DNA of 64,000 nucleotides from an uncultured Clostridia bacterium (lineage in GTDB: Bacteria; Bacillota; Clostridia; Christensenellales; UBA1242). The notes beneath the pieces are model-generated. The model searched no databases. It worked only from the letters and a program-made list of their open reading frames with translations, and was not told where the DNA came from. Below, piece by piece: positions 9,543 to 17,676 of this stretch. The stretch is from assembly GCA_944377315.1 (NCBI GenBank), contig CALWEM010000018.1, forward strand, positions 49,106 through 113,105, written 5' to 3'. Both the position numbers and the translations under genes were made by a program. Within the stretch, counting starts at the first letter, position 1; the number at the start of each line of letters is the position of its first letter.

Positions 9543-10010
9543 ATGAGAAAATTTGAACTTGTCAAAAAAGAATTTATTAAATATGGCGTTGACCCAAAAA
9601 CGCTGAAAAAACCATACAGAGCCACCAAGCACGCTGTGGCATACGATTGCTTTTCGCCAATCGACATCACCATTCCGCCAGAAGCAACCGAACTGGTCTT
9701 CACCAACTTCAAAGCATATTGTAACCACGATGAAGGCTTCATTTTGGCTTCGACAAGTGGACTGGGGAAAAAGGGAATTATTCTTTCCAACGGAATCGGA
9801 ATTGTTGAAAGTGACTATGCTGACAATGAGTCGAATGATGGCAACATTGGTTTTCTTCTTCACAATCTCAACAAAACGCCATACAATGTCAAGGCGGGCG
9901 ATAAAATTGGACAAATTTTCTTTTTCAAATTTTTGACCACTGATGACGATGCTGAAACAAATCAAAATGTTGTCAGAAAGGGTGGTTTTGGTTCAACGGG
10001 TAATATCTAA
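9543..10010 (+). CDS. dut: dUTP diphosphatase (trimeric dUTPase family)
   Basis: Motif 3-like GIVESDYADN and C-terminal motif 5 RKGGFGSTGN. 155 aa. Confidence 0.85.
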   Translation: MRKFELVKKEFIKYGVDPKTLKKPYRATKHAVAYDCFSPIDITIPPEATELVFTNFKAYCNHDEGFILASTSGLGKKGIILSNGIGIVESDYADNESNDGNIGFLLHNLNKTPYNVKAGDKIGQIFFFKFLTTDDDAETNQNVVRKGGFGSTGNI

Positions 10011-10079
10011 TCATTCTGATATTCGTTGGACAATTTGAGTGACCAAAAGAGATATTTGTTTGAAAAGTTATTAAAATTA

Positions 10080-10112
10080 AAGGCATATTAACTTATTTAA
10101 TATGTCTTTTTT
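10080..10112 (+). terminator. Rho-independent terminator after dut
   Basis: Stem aaggcatatt (10080-10089) / aatatgtctt (10099-10108) with one G-U pair, then a T-run. Confidence 0.65.
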
Positions 10113-10213
10113 GTGTTAGGTTATTGTGGCAAAATTAATTAAAAAATGCAAACTTCCATTTTTTGAAAATTTGCATCTATGTGTGAAAGTTTTAACCTTC
10201 TTTCAAATTTATT

Positions 10214-10289
10214 TGGTCGAGATGGCGGGACTCGAACCCACGGCCTCACGGTCCCGAACCGCGCGCGCTACCAACTGCGCTACATCTCG
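10214..10289 (-). tRNA. tRNA-Pro (anticodon CGG)
   Basis: The reverse complement folds by hand into a cloverleaf: CGAGATG TA GCGC AGTTGGTA GCGC G CGCGG TTCGGGA CCGTG AGGCC GTGGG TTCGAGT CCCGC CATCTCG A CCA. 76 nt, with CCA encoded. Confidence 0.95.
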
Positions 10290-10317
10290 TTTCAGCGACC
10301 GGAAAGTCGCTTTTTGT

Positions 10318-10839
10318 TTATTTCACAAAACGAACATAATCTTCTTTTCTTTTCACTGGCGGGTGAAGGTCGCCATCACGATAGCCCAAAACACAATGGC
10401 CAATGCCGACATAATTTTCGCTGACGCCCCATTCTTTCAAAAGTGCCTTGCCTTCTTCCGTTTCAAATTCTTCTTTCGCACGATGAATCCAGCAAGAGTC
10501 AATTCCAAGGCTGTATGCCGAGTTCATAAGGTTTCCCATCACCAAACTTCCATCTTCAACATATGTTCCAATGTTTTTGTCGGCAAGGACAATCAGAACA
10601 GTTGGAGCGTTATAGAACGGGTCGATGTTTGCTCCCAAGATTGAAGCATTAAGACGAGAAAGTTGTTCGATTCTTTTTTTATCTTGCAAAACAAGAATGA
10701 TTGGTGCTTGACGCCCTTTTCCAGTTGGAGCATATGTTCCTGCCTTCAAAATCAAGTCCAAATCTTCTTTTTTGATTTGTTTATTCTCAAACTTTTTGCA
10801 ACTTTTTCTTTCGCACAAACATTTAATAACTTCGTTCAT
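10318..10839 (-). CDS. Nitroreductase family protein
   Basis: Start moved to MNEVIKC (ATG at 10839, RBS ggagcgag) because the longer ORF runs into tRNA-Gly. Family pattern: RKSCKKF..., ILKAGTYAPTGKGRQAP, DGSLVMGNLMNSAYSLGIDSCWI. Confidence 0.8.
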   Translation of the reverse strand: MNEVIKCLCERKSCKKFENKQIKKEDLDLILKAGTYAPTGKGRQAPIILVLQDKKRIEQLSRLNASILGANIDPFYNAPTVLIVLADKNIGTYVEDGSLVMGNLMNSAYSLGIDSCWIHRAKEEFETEEGKALLKEWGVSENYVGIGHCVLGYRDGDLHPPVKRKEDYVRFVK

Positions 10840-10890
10840 ACTCGCTCCTTTTAAAAAAGAGAAAACAAGCAACAATGCGGTTTTCGCTTT

Positions 10891-10964
10891 TGGAGCGGAT
10901 AATGGGAGTCGAACCCACCTCTCAGGCTTGGGAAGCCCGCATACTACCGATGTACTATATCCGC
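10891..10964 (-). tRNA. tRNA-Gly (anticodon CCC)
   Basis: Reverse complement: GCGGATA TA GTAC ATCGGTA GTAT G CGGGC TTCCCAA GCCTG AGAG GTGGG TTCGACT CCCAT TATCCGC T CCA. 74 nt, U73 discriminator, CCA encoded. Confidence 0.95.
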
Positions 10965-11067
10965 ACAAAGAGACATTGTCTCTTTTTTTGATAGTTAAAC
11001 CCTTTGAAATTTTTTCAAAAATTTTATAAGTTATTTCAAAAACAACTCCAAAATTGACAAAGTTACA

Positions 11068-11460
11068 TCACTCTTGAATATTTGGCGGAGTCACGATTGG
11101 ACCCACAGATGAATTCAAGGTGAGTTCGGTGATGACATTTGAGATATAGCCAAGCATAATACGAACAGGTTGAGAATTTTTGATATAATCTTTTGGGTCC
11201 GGCAAACGCGAAAATTCAATACTGTCGACTGGAATATCAATGCTCATTGTGACAGCAACTTTGAGTAAACTTGCTGGATTCACTTGAAGCACTCTTGTCA
11301 CAGTGGCACGCACAAATTCTTCACTCACCTTTTTGACATCGATGTTATCTTCTGGTTTGATGTTGACCATCACGCCATTTTGTGGATTTTGCAATTTTTC
11401 AAACACCACTCTTTCCAGCATTGGTTTCACAAGATGTGGTTTAATAACTTTTTCTTCCAT
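11068..11460 (-). CDS. Hypothetical protein, weak SecB-like/DUF1149-like pattern
   Basis: 130-aa ORF. The C-terminal stretch SQPVRIMLGYISNVITELTLNSSVGPIVTPPNI resembles the SecB tail pattern (LFPYaRe.is.l....g.pp..L.P.nF). This is a weak by-eye match only. Confidence 0.55.
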   Translation of the reverse strand: MEEKVIKPHLVKPMLERVVFEKLQNPQNGVMVNIKPEDNIDVKKVSEEFVRATVTRVLQVNPASLLKVAVTMSIDIPVDSIEFSRLPDPKDYIKNSQPVRIMLGYISNVITELTLNSSVGPIVTPPNIQE

Positions 11461-11538
11461 AATAAAGCCCCCTTAAAGTCTAGAGTTATTTTATCACAAT
11501 GGAAGAAAAAAAACAAGGAAAAAAGTTATTTTCTCATT

Positions 11539-12618
11539 TTAATCTATCTTTTTTTCTTGTTTAAGTCTTGAAAACACTTTTTCGTTGTGGATGACAGATG
11601 GGTGAGTTGGGTTGAATTTTTGGGAAAGTTTGTGATATTTAAACGAAGTTTTAAGGTCGCCAATTTCATAATAAAGAAGGCAAAGTTCAATCGCTGGAGT
11701 AAAATTGTAAAATGAAGTGGAAACAAAACCGCCTTTTGAAGTGTCTGGGTGACAACCAAGGGCAAGGCGATAGTAATATATTGCTTTTGTCTTGTCAAAA
11801 CTTGCATATATTTTCCCTATTTGGCACAAGATTTCAGCACGCGGAAGGTCATAGAAAAAGCTTGAAAACAAAATTTTGAGTGCTTCATCAGTCTTTTTTG
11901 TCATAAGATAACAATTTGAAAGATTAAGACAGGCTTCAATTTTGTTTTCCACCCACGCATCATCTCTTTTCAAAAATTCTTGAAAGGTAAGAATTGCTTT
12001 TTCATAATGGTTGTTGAAAAATAGTTCTCGTGCATAATAAAATTGCGAACGCGGAGAAAGTTTCTCGCCACTTGCCACTCTTTTTTCATATATTTTCAGA
12101 TTTCTTCCAGTTCTTTCTTTTTCACTTTGGAAATGGAAAATTTTGATGTCTTTGTGCACAATTTTTCCATATGGAGCAATCACTTCGTGAACAGGCTCCT
12201 GCCAAACAAAATTTTTCTCCCGCCTTAAAACACGCTCACGCTCGAACATAAAGGTTGGTTTGAAATTTTCATCAAAGCCAGAAACATATGGCAAAAACGC
12301 CACATCAAACTCTTCGCTTTTGAGTTTTTTAAGTTTTTCAATGTCCTTTTTGAAAACAAAATCGTCGGCGTCTAACCACATAACATAGTCACATTTGGCT
12401 TTGGAAAAAGAAAAATTGCGTGCTTTGGAAAAATCATCACACCAAACAAAATCATAGACCTTGTCGGTATATTTCAAAGCGATTTCTTTTGTTTTGTCCG
12501 CCGAACCTGTGTCGACAACAATAATTTCATCGGCGAACTTTTGGACACATTTCAAAATTCTTTCAAAAATCTTTTCTTCGTCTTTGACAATAAAGGCAAC
12601 TGACAGACTGTGTTTCAT
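11539..12618 (-). CDS. Family 2 glycosyltransferase with C-terminal TPR-like repeats
   Basis: GT2 N-terminal pattern SVAFIVKDEE...IIVVDTGSADKT...WLDADD. The C-terminal half has TPR-like helical repeats (YYARELFFNNHYEKAILTFQEFL, CQIGKIYASFDKTKAIYYYRLAL). Confidence 0.85.
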   Translation of the reverse strand: MKHSLSVAFIVKDEEKIFERILKCVQKFADEIIVVDTGSADKTKEIALKYTDKVYDFVWCDDFSKARNFSFSKAKCDYVMWLDADDFVFKKDIEKLKKLKSEEFDVAFLPYVSGFDENFKPTFMFERERVLRREKNFVWQEPVHEVIAPYGKIVHKDIKIFHFQSEKERTGRNLKIYEKRVASGEKLSPRSQFYYARELFFNNHYEKAILTFQEFLKRDDAWVENKIEACLNLSNCYLMTKKTDEALKILFSSFFYDLPRAEILCQIGKIYASFDKTKAIYYYRLALGCHPDTSKGGFVSTSFYNFTPAIELCLLYYEIGDLKTSFKYHKLSQKFNPTHPSVIHNEKVFSRLKQEKKID

Positions 12619-12697
12619 AATAACAGCCTATGAAATTTCTCACTTTTGTGTGCCCAAAAAAGTTTGATTTCATAGTTAAAAGTGCTACAATAAAATT

Positions 12698-13537
12698 ATG
12701 GAAAAGAAAATTTGCAACAGTTGCCCCAGACATTGCCAAGTGGACAGAAAAATTCAAAAGGGTTTTTGCAACGAGAAAGACAAAATTCGCGTGGCAAAAA
12801 TCATTGACAATTTCAAATGGGAAGAGCCGTGTGTGACCGATGAAAAAGGTGTTTGTGCCATATTTTTTTCAGGATGCAATTTGAAATGTTCATATTGCCA
12901 AAACTATGAAATTTCTTGTGGGCAGAAAGGAAAAGAATATGACGAAGAAGAATTTGTCGCGCTTTTGAAAGAAAAGGAGGAAAATAGCTCCTATTTTGAT
13001 TTCGTGACACCTTCGCATTTTTCCGAAACGCTTTTGAAGGTGCTTGAAAAATATCAGCCCAAAATTCCAATCATTTGGAATTCATCAAGTTATGAAAATT
13101 TGGAAGTTTTGAGAAAACTCGACAAGCATATTGCCATATATCTTCTTGATTTCAAATATTCAAGCGACCTTTTGGGGCGTAAGTATTCCAATGTCAGCGA
13201 CTATTTTCAACAGGCAAAAAAGGTGATGGAATTTTGTGGAAAAAAGACAGATATTTTTGAGAAAGGATATATGAAAAGTGGACTTATCATTCGACACCTT
13301 GTTTTGCCAGATGAGATTGAGAATTCTCTTGGAGTTATTGATTATCTATCCAATCATTTTCCGCAAAGAATTGTGAGCGTTATGAGTCAATTCACGCCCA
13401 CAAAATCGAGTCCAATTCAAAGAAAAATCAAACCGCTTGAATATCGAATAGTAATGAAAAAGGTGGAAATTGCCGGACTTAAAGGGTATTTTCAGGATTT
13501 TGAAAGTGCAAATTCCAATTTTATTCCAGATTTTTAA
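12698..13537 (+). CDS. Radical SAM protein, PflX-like (COG1313, putative glycyl-radical-enzyme activase homolog)
   Basis: N-terminal Cys cluster CNSCPRHCQVDR and radical SAM motif CNLKCSYCQNYEIS. 279 aa. Confidence 0.8.
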   Translation: MEKKICNSCPRHCQVDRKIQKGFCNEKDKIRVAKIIDNFKWEEPCVTDEKGVCAIFFSGCNLKCSYCQNYEISCGQKGKEYDEEEFVALLKEKEENSSYFDFVTPSHFSETLLKVLEKYQPKIPIIWNSSSYENLEVLRKLDKHIAIYLLDFKYSSDLLGRKYSNVSDYFQQAKKVMEFCGKKTDIFEKGYMKSGLIIRHLVLPDEIENSLGVIDYLSNHFPQRIVSVMSQFTPTKSSPIQRKIKPLEYRIVMKKVEIAGLKGYFQDFESANSNFIPDF

Positions 13538-13613
13538 GTAAATTTTGTGAAAATTGTGAAATTTATTTGACTTAAATGTTAAATAATAATATCATATTAA
13601 AAAGGAGTGGTAT

Positions 13614-13919
13614 ATGAGAACACTTAAAGAATCCACGCGAATGATGATTTATAGTTGTGTTTTTTGTGCTTTGGCACTTTTGTTCTTTCTTTTGTTTCAA
13701 TTGGATGTCATTTCAAATTTGGACTTCTATTCAGTTATGGTTTACATAACATATTTTGCTGGACTTGCTTTATATTATAACTCAAAAATTTTGAAAGAAA
13801 ACAACAAATTAACTTCTTCCAAAGTGTGCTTCTGGTTTGCAATGGCTTTGATTTTGGTTTCCTTTGTTGCATTGATATATGGTTTTGCCACTGGGAACAT
13901 CCTTTTTTGGGTTTGGTAG
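13614..13919 (+). CDS. Small integral membrane protein (3 TM)
   Basis: 101-aa ORF with RBS aaaggag. Three hydrophobic helices. Confidence 0.55.
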   Translation: MRTLKESTRMMIYSCVFCALALLFFLLFQLDVISNLDFYSVMVYITYFAGLALYYNSKILKENNKLTSSKVCFWFAMALILVSFVALIYGFATGNILFWVW

Positions 13920-14141
13920 GAAAAATTGAGATAATAATTTATAAACACTTTAACAGTTCTTGTTAGGGTGTTTTTATATTCAAAAAGGAAGGATAAAATC
14001 TCAAAAGTTCAAAAATTAAAACTTGTGGAGAGAAAAAATTAAAAATTTTTAATAAAATTTTGAAAAAGTATTAATTTTAGTTGACAAATAGTCATATTTA
14101 TGTTTATACTTAAATTAAGATTAAAGATTGGAGGATAAAAT

Positions 14142-14720
14142 ATGAAAAGACCAGTAAGTTTGGCGGGTGCAATCGTCAGCACAGTGGCATCTGGAGTTTT
14201 TCTTGTGATGAGTGTTATAACTCTTGTTGGTGCGATGATGGCAATTGCCGCAATTGCAGGAGCAATGAGCGAAATAGGATCAACAGGTAGCGGAATCACG
14301 GTTGCATATGGAATTTTGTTAGCTTTTATTTCAATTGTTATGCTTGCTTTTGGCATTTCAACATTTGTCTTAAGTGTTAAAATGTTCAAGTATGTTAACG
14401 GCACACACGAAGAATATGTTGCCAAGAAAAGAAAAACAATCACTCTCATTGTTTTGAATTTCATCGTGTCTTTACTTTGTTTATATCTCGCAATTTCATC
14501 TGTGTCAGATGAAGGCGGTGAGCTTAACCTTGTTTTGTATTTGATTATTTTACTTGCATTTATTGCTTGTAATGTTCTTTTGATTATTGACCTTGCAAAG
14601 GAAAAGAAAAGAGCAGAAAGCGTTCCAATTGCACGACCAGCTGAAGAAGTGAAGGTGGAAGTGAAAGAAGAACAAGTGCAAGAAGAAAATGCTGAAACAG
14701 AAGAAGAGAAAAAAGAATAA
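14142..14720 (+). CDS. Integral membrane protein with acidic E/K-rich C-terminal tail
   Basis: 192-aa ORF with RBS ggagga. About 4 TM helices; tail is PAEEVKVEVKEEQVQEENAETEEEKKE. The antisense ORF 14039..14464 is rejected because it has no RBS. Confidence 0.6.
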   Translation: MKRPVSLAGAIVSTVASGVFLVMSVITLVGAMMAIAAIAGAMSEIGSTGSGITVAYGILLAFISIVMLAFGISTFVLSVKMFKYVNGTHEEYVAKKRKTITLIVLNFIVSLLCLYLAISSVSDEGGELNLVLYLIILLAFIACNVLLIIDLAKEKKRAESVPIARPAEEVKVEVKEEQVQEENAETEEEKKE

Positions 14721-14724
14721 AATT

Positions 14725-14747
14725 GATGGCAAATGCCATCTTTTTTT
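14725..14747 (+). terminator. Rho-independent terminator
   Basis: gatggc aaat gccatc followed by ttttttt. Confidence 0.75.
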
Positions 14748-14970
14748 ATTGAAACAAAATTTTTGACAAAAGAAAAAGTAAAGTTTATTTTTTAAAAGCA
14801 TATGGCAAAAGTTTTTTGTGGCGTTATAACTTTTTTTTAACTTCAAATATCAATTTGAAGCAGTTGGTGATGAGAATATTTCTTCACTTCTAAAATTAAT
14901 TTGAAAAAATAGTTTACTTTTTTATAATTTTATAGTAGAATATTACTAATGATATATTTGGGGGTAAATT

Positions 14971-15357
14971 ATGAACGTTCAAAAGAAATTTGGAGATGGA
15001 GCAGTCCTTGTTTGGAAGGACAGAAAAAGATATCTCGGAATGCCACTTTCTTTCACAAGATATTATTTGATTAAAAATGGAGATGTTTGGTTCAAAACTT
15101 TCCGTGATGTTGGTCTTTTGTCCACACATATTGAAGAAGTGAATTTGTATCGTATGTATGATATTGCTCTTCACCAATCTTTTTGGGATAAAATTTTTGG
15201 CACTGGCACTGTGATTTTATATTCCAGCGATGAAAGATGTCCAGAACTTGTTTTGAAAAGCATTGCAAAACCCTTCCAAGTTCGTGATATGTTTTCTCAA
15301 CTCATCGAAGAACAAAGAAAAGCAAACGGCGTTCGTGTCGCAGAAATTCAAGGATAA
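14971..15357 (+). CDS. Bacterial PH-domain-like protein (bPH family, YdbS/YdbT-like)
   Basis: 128-aa ORF. Pattern FGTGTVILYSSDERCPELVLKSIAKPFQVRDMFSQLIE is typical of bacterial PH-domain proteins (by-eye match). Confidence 0.55.
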   Translation: MNVQKKFGDGAVLVWKDRKRYLGMPLSFTRYYLIKNGDVWFKTFRDVGLLSTHIEEVNLYRMYDIALHQSFWDKIFGTGTVILYSSDERCPELVLKSIAKPFQVRDMFSQLIEEQRKANGVRVAEIQG

Positions 15358-15381
15358 CAGGTCTAACCTGTTATTTTTTTT
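15356..15381 (+). terminator. Rho-independent terminator
   Basis: aacaggt cta acctgtt followed by a run of about 9 T. It overlaps the stop codon. Confidence 0.75.
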
Positions 15382-15503
15382 AAAATGATATTTGGAAGCT
15401 TGATTTTGCAAAATATGTGGCATTATAAATTACGAAAAAACCTTTTTATTATTGATAAAAAACAAAAAAAGAAACACAACAATTGCTGTGCTTCTTTTTG
15501 TCT

Positions 15504-15580
15504 TGGTGGAGATGATCGGATTCGAACCGATGACCCTCTGCTTGCAAGGCAGATGCTCTAGCCAACTGAGCCACACCCCC
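15504..15580 (-). tRNA. tRNA-Ala (anticodon UGC)
   Basis: Reverse complement: GGGGGTG TG GCTC AGTTGGCTA GAGC A TCTGC CTTGCAA GCAGA GGGTC ATCGG TTCGAAT CCGAT CATCTCC A CCA. The G3:U70 alanine identity pair is present. 77 nt. Confidence 0.95.
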
Positions 15581-15654
15581 ACATTCGCTTTCATATATTA
15601 CCACAAAAATTTTTTTTTGTCAACAATTTATAAAAAATTAACAAAAAATCTTTT

Positions 15655-15691
15655 GAAAAATAAAAGACAGAGCGATTTTGCCCTGTCTTTT
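15655..15691 (-). terminator. Terminator downstream of the small Cys/Gly-rich gene
   Basis: Stem aaaagacag (15662-15670) / ctgtctttt (15683-15691). On the minus strand the hairpin is followed by a T-rich run (atttttc). Confidence 0.6.
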
Positions 15692-15714
15692 ATGTATTTA
15701 TGACTTTATTTTTC

Positions 15715-15918
15715 TTATTTGCAACCGTTGTTGCAACCGCAGTTGGAGAGAAGTAAAAGCATTAAGATTGTTCCGCAGTCAACATTGATACCTTTGAAAC
15801 CGCCACAACCACAGCAGTTCAAGAGCATAATGAGAAAGATGAGAGAGCAGTAGTCATAACCGCAACCGCCACAATCTCTGCCAACATCGCCACAACCTGA
15901 GCCTCCAAAAAAGTTCAT
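15715..15918 (-). CDS. Small Cys/Gly-rich hydrophobic protein (YjcZ-like tiny sporulation-type protein?)
   Basis: 67 aa with 11 Cys and 15 Gly. Strong RBS (aggagg on the minus strand, 15926-15931) and its own terminator. Two hydrophobic cores (LIFLIMLL, ILMLLLL) are flanked by GC-rich clusters. Confidence 0.65.
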   Translation of the reverse strand: MNFFGGSGCGDVGRDCGGCGYDYCSLIFLIMLLNCCGCGGFKGINVDCGTILMLLLLSNCGCNNGCK

Positions 15919-16131
15919 TTGTGCCTCCTAAAATTCTTATGTATTTACGACTTTTACATTGTGCTTTCACACATTATCATTCTATTATTTTTTTTAAAAA
16001 GTGTGAAATTTGTTTTATTTTATTTTCATTTATGGTAAAATACTTGGGTAGATTTCAAAATTTTTCACATAAATTGGGAAATTTGATGCACAATATTTTT
16101 GAAAGCAAGGAATTTTGCTTATGGAGGGAAT

Positions 16132-16710
16132 ATGAAAAAAACAATATCTTTGAAGAAAGTCGTTTTGAGTGTTTTCTGCCTTATGCTTGTTTTGACGGCT
16201 GGTGTCTTGCTCACTGCTTGTGGCGGAACACAAGAAAATGACTATATCACACCGGGAACGAATGCGAGTTTCACTGGCAGTGATGTGAAATTCAACAATA
16301 CTGCTGATTTTGCACTTGTCTATAAAGGTGATAATCACTATGAAGCAACAGGTTCTTGTGCAAAAATGGATGCTGACCAAGCAAAAGCGTGGGGAACGGT
16401 GGAAGGAAGCGAATATGTTGTTGTCAATGTCAAGATGGGCAAAGATTCAACCGCTATTGTTGGTTGGAGAACGGTGGAAGACAAGGATAAGGAATTTTTG
16501 GAAAATGAAATTGATGATGAAAATATCAAACGCTCCACTTCATCAAACGAAACAAAAAATTTCATTTTGGCATTAACTGATGGTGAAACCCCAAGACACG
16601 AAAATGAACAAGTTTGGAGAATTGAAGTGACACCAAAAGCCGAAGAAGGTGAAACTGCAACCAAAGTGGTTTACACAATTGATTTTTCAAAACTTTATGT
16701 GGTTGAATAA
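16132..16710 (+). CDS. Lipoprotein, function unknown
   Basis: Start set at MKKTISL (ATG 16132, RBS ggaggg 16123-16128). Signal peptide with lipobox LLTAC-GG. Confidence 0.75.
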   Translation: MKKTISLKKVVLSVFCLMLVLTAGVLLTACGGTQENDYITPGTNASFTGSDVKFNNTADFALVYKGDNHYEATGSCAKMDADQAKAWGTVEGSEYVVVNVKMGKDSTAIVGWRTVEDKDKEFLENEIDDENIKRSTSSNETKNFILALTDGETPRHENEQVWRIEVTPKAEEGETATKVVYTIDFSKLYVVE

Positions 16711-16787
16711 AGAAAACGAAGATGGCTCTTTTTGGAGCTGTCTTTTTTTATTTTAATAATAAAAAACAAGTTTCCTGTTTGGTTTGC

Positions 16788-16817
16788 TTGCTTTTTATTT
16801 TGTTTATTTGCTATAAT
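16788..16817 (+). promoter_or_regulatory. Putative sigma-A promoter of the ESCRT-like operon
   Basis: TTGCTT (16788-16793), 18-bp spacer, TATAAT (16812-16817), about 30 nt upstream of the GTG start. Confidence 0.5.
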
Positions 16818-16848
16818 TTATTTGAAGTATATTATTTAAGGAGAGAAA

Positions 16849-17667
16849 GTGGAAGATATCATCAAGTTTTCAGGAACAAATGAAAAACTTTTCACCAGAG
16901 ATATTGTCGAAAATGTGACGCCAAAGACAACTCTGATTGTTCCAGAAACACACAGTGCCATCATCATTTCCAACGGCGAAATGCTCCAAACTCTTCCGAA
17001 GGGGAGATATCTTCTTTCTGACCTTATTGACCAACAAAAAGATGAAAAAATTTCTTTGGAAATCATCTTTGTCAGCAAAACCGCCAAACTGAAACTTCTT
17101 TGGGGAACGCCAAACAAAATCACCATTTTTGACCCGATTCTCAAAGAACAATACAAAATTGGAATGAGTGGCGATTTTGAAGTGCAAGTGGGAGATGCCA
17201 GAAAGTGCTTTTTGTATCTCGTTGGTGCTGAAGATGTTTTGACTTCTGACGCACTTCAAGACCGACTTATGAGCAAAGTTGTTTCGGTTGTGGAAACAGA
17301 AGTGGCAAAGTTTATTTCCGAGCACAAAGTGTTTTATTCAAATATATATCAGCACAAGCAAGAACTTGCCAAAATTATCGTTCCACAACTTTCCAGTCAA
17401 TTCTCGTCAAGTTATGGCATCACAGTGTCTTCTTTGAATATAGCGAACATCATTTTTGACGAAAAAGATTTGGAAAGATTGAGCCAAAAGCATAACATTG
17501 GTGACAAAAAAATTGTCTGTCCAAATTGTGGAACAGAACTTGATAAGGGTGTGAAGTTTTGTTTTAATTGTGGAACAAAAGTGAGCGAAAAAAAGAAATG
17601 TCCTGCGTGTGGTTTTGAAAATCCAGCCGAAGCCAAATTTTGCAGTAGTTGCGGGGCGAAGTTTTAA
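16849..17667 (+). CDS. SPFH/band-7-like protein (YdjI / COG4260 type) with C-terminal double zinc ribbon
   Basis: GTG start with RBS aaggagag. Family pattern: TLIVPETHSAIIISNGEM, KLLWGTPNKITIFDP, GMSGDFEVQVGDARKCFLYLVG. C-terminus: CPNCGTEL...CFNCGT and CPACGFEN...CSSCGAKF. Confidence 0.75.
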   Translation: MEDIIKFSGTNEKLFTRDIVENVTPKTTLIVPETHSAIIISNGEMLQTLPKGRYLLSDLIDQQKDEKISLEIIFVSKTAKLKLLWGTPNKITIFDPILKEQYKIGMSGDFEVQVGDARKCFLYLVGAEDVLTSDALQDRLMSKVVSVVETEVAKFISEHKVFYSNIYQHKQELAKIIVPQLSSQFSSSYGITVSSLNIANIIFDEKDLERLSQKHNIGDKKIVCPNCGTELDKGVKFCFNCGTKVSEKKKCPACGFENPAEAKFCSSCGAKF

Positions 17668-17676
17668 GGAGGAGAT

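Noticed and set aside
10126-10968. The + strand 172-aa ORF (10126..10644) and the 43-codon N-terminal extension of the nitroreductase ORF (10840..10968)
   Set aside because: Both run through the hand-folded tRNA-Pro and tRNA-Gly genes. The nitroreductase has a proper RBS and ATG at 10839.
10965-10990. The hairpin aaagagaca-t-tgtctcttt next to tRNA-Gly, considered as a terminator for the 11068..11460 gene
   Set aside because: On the minus strand it is not followed by a T-run and it directly abuts the tRNA 5' end. On the plus strand there is no upstream gene to terminate. Its function is unclear, so it is not annotated.
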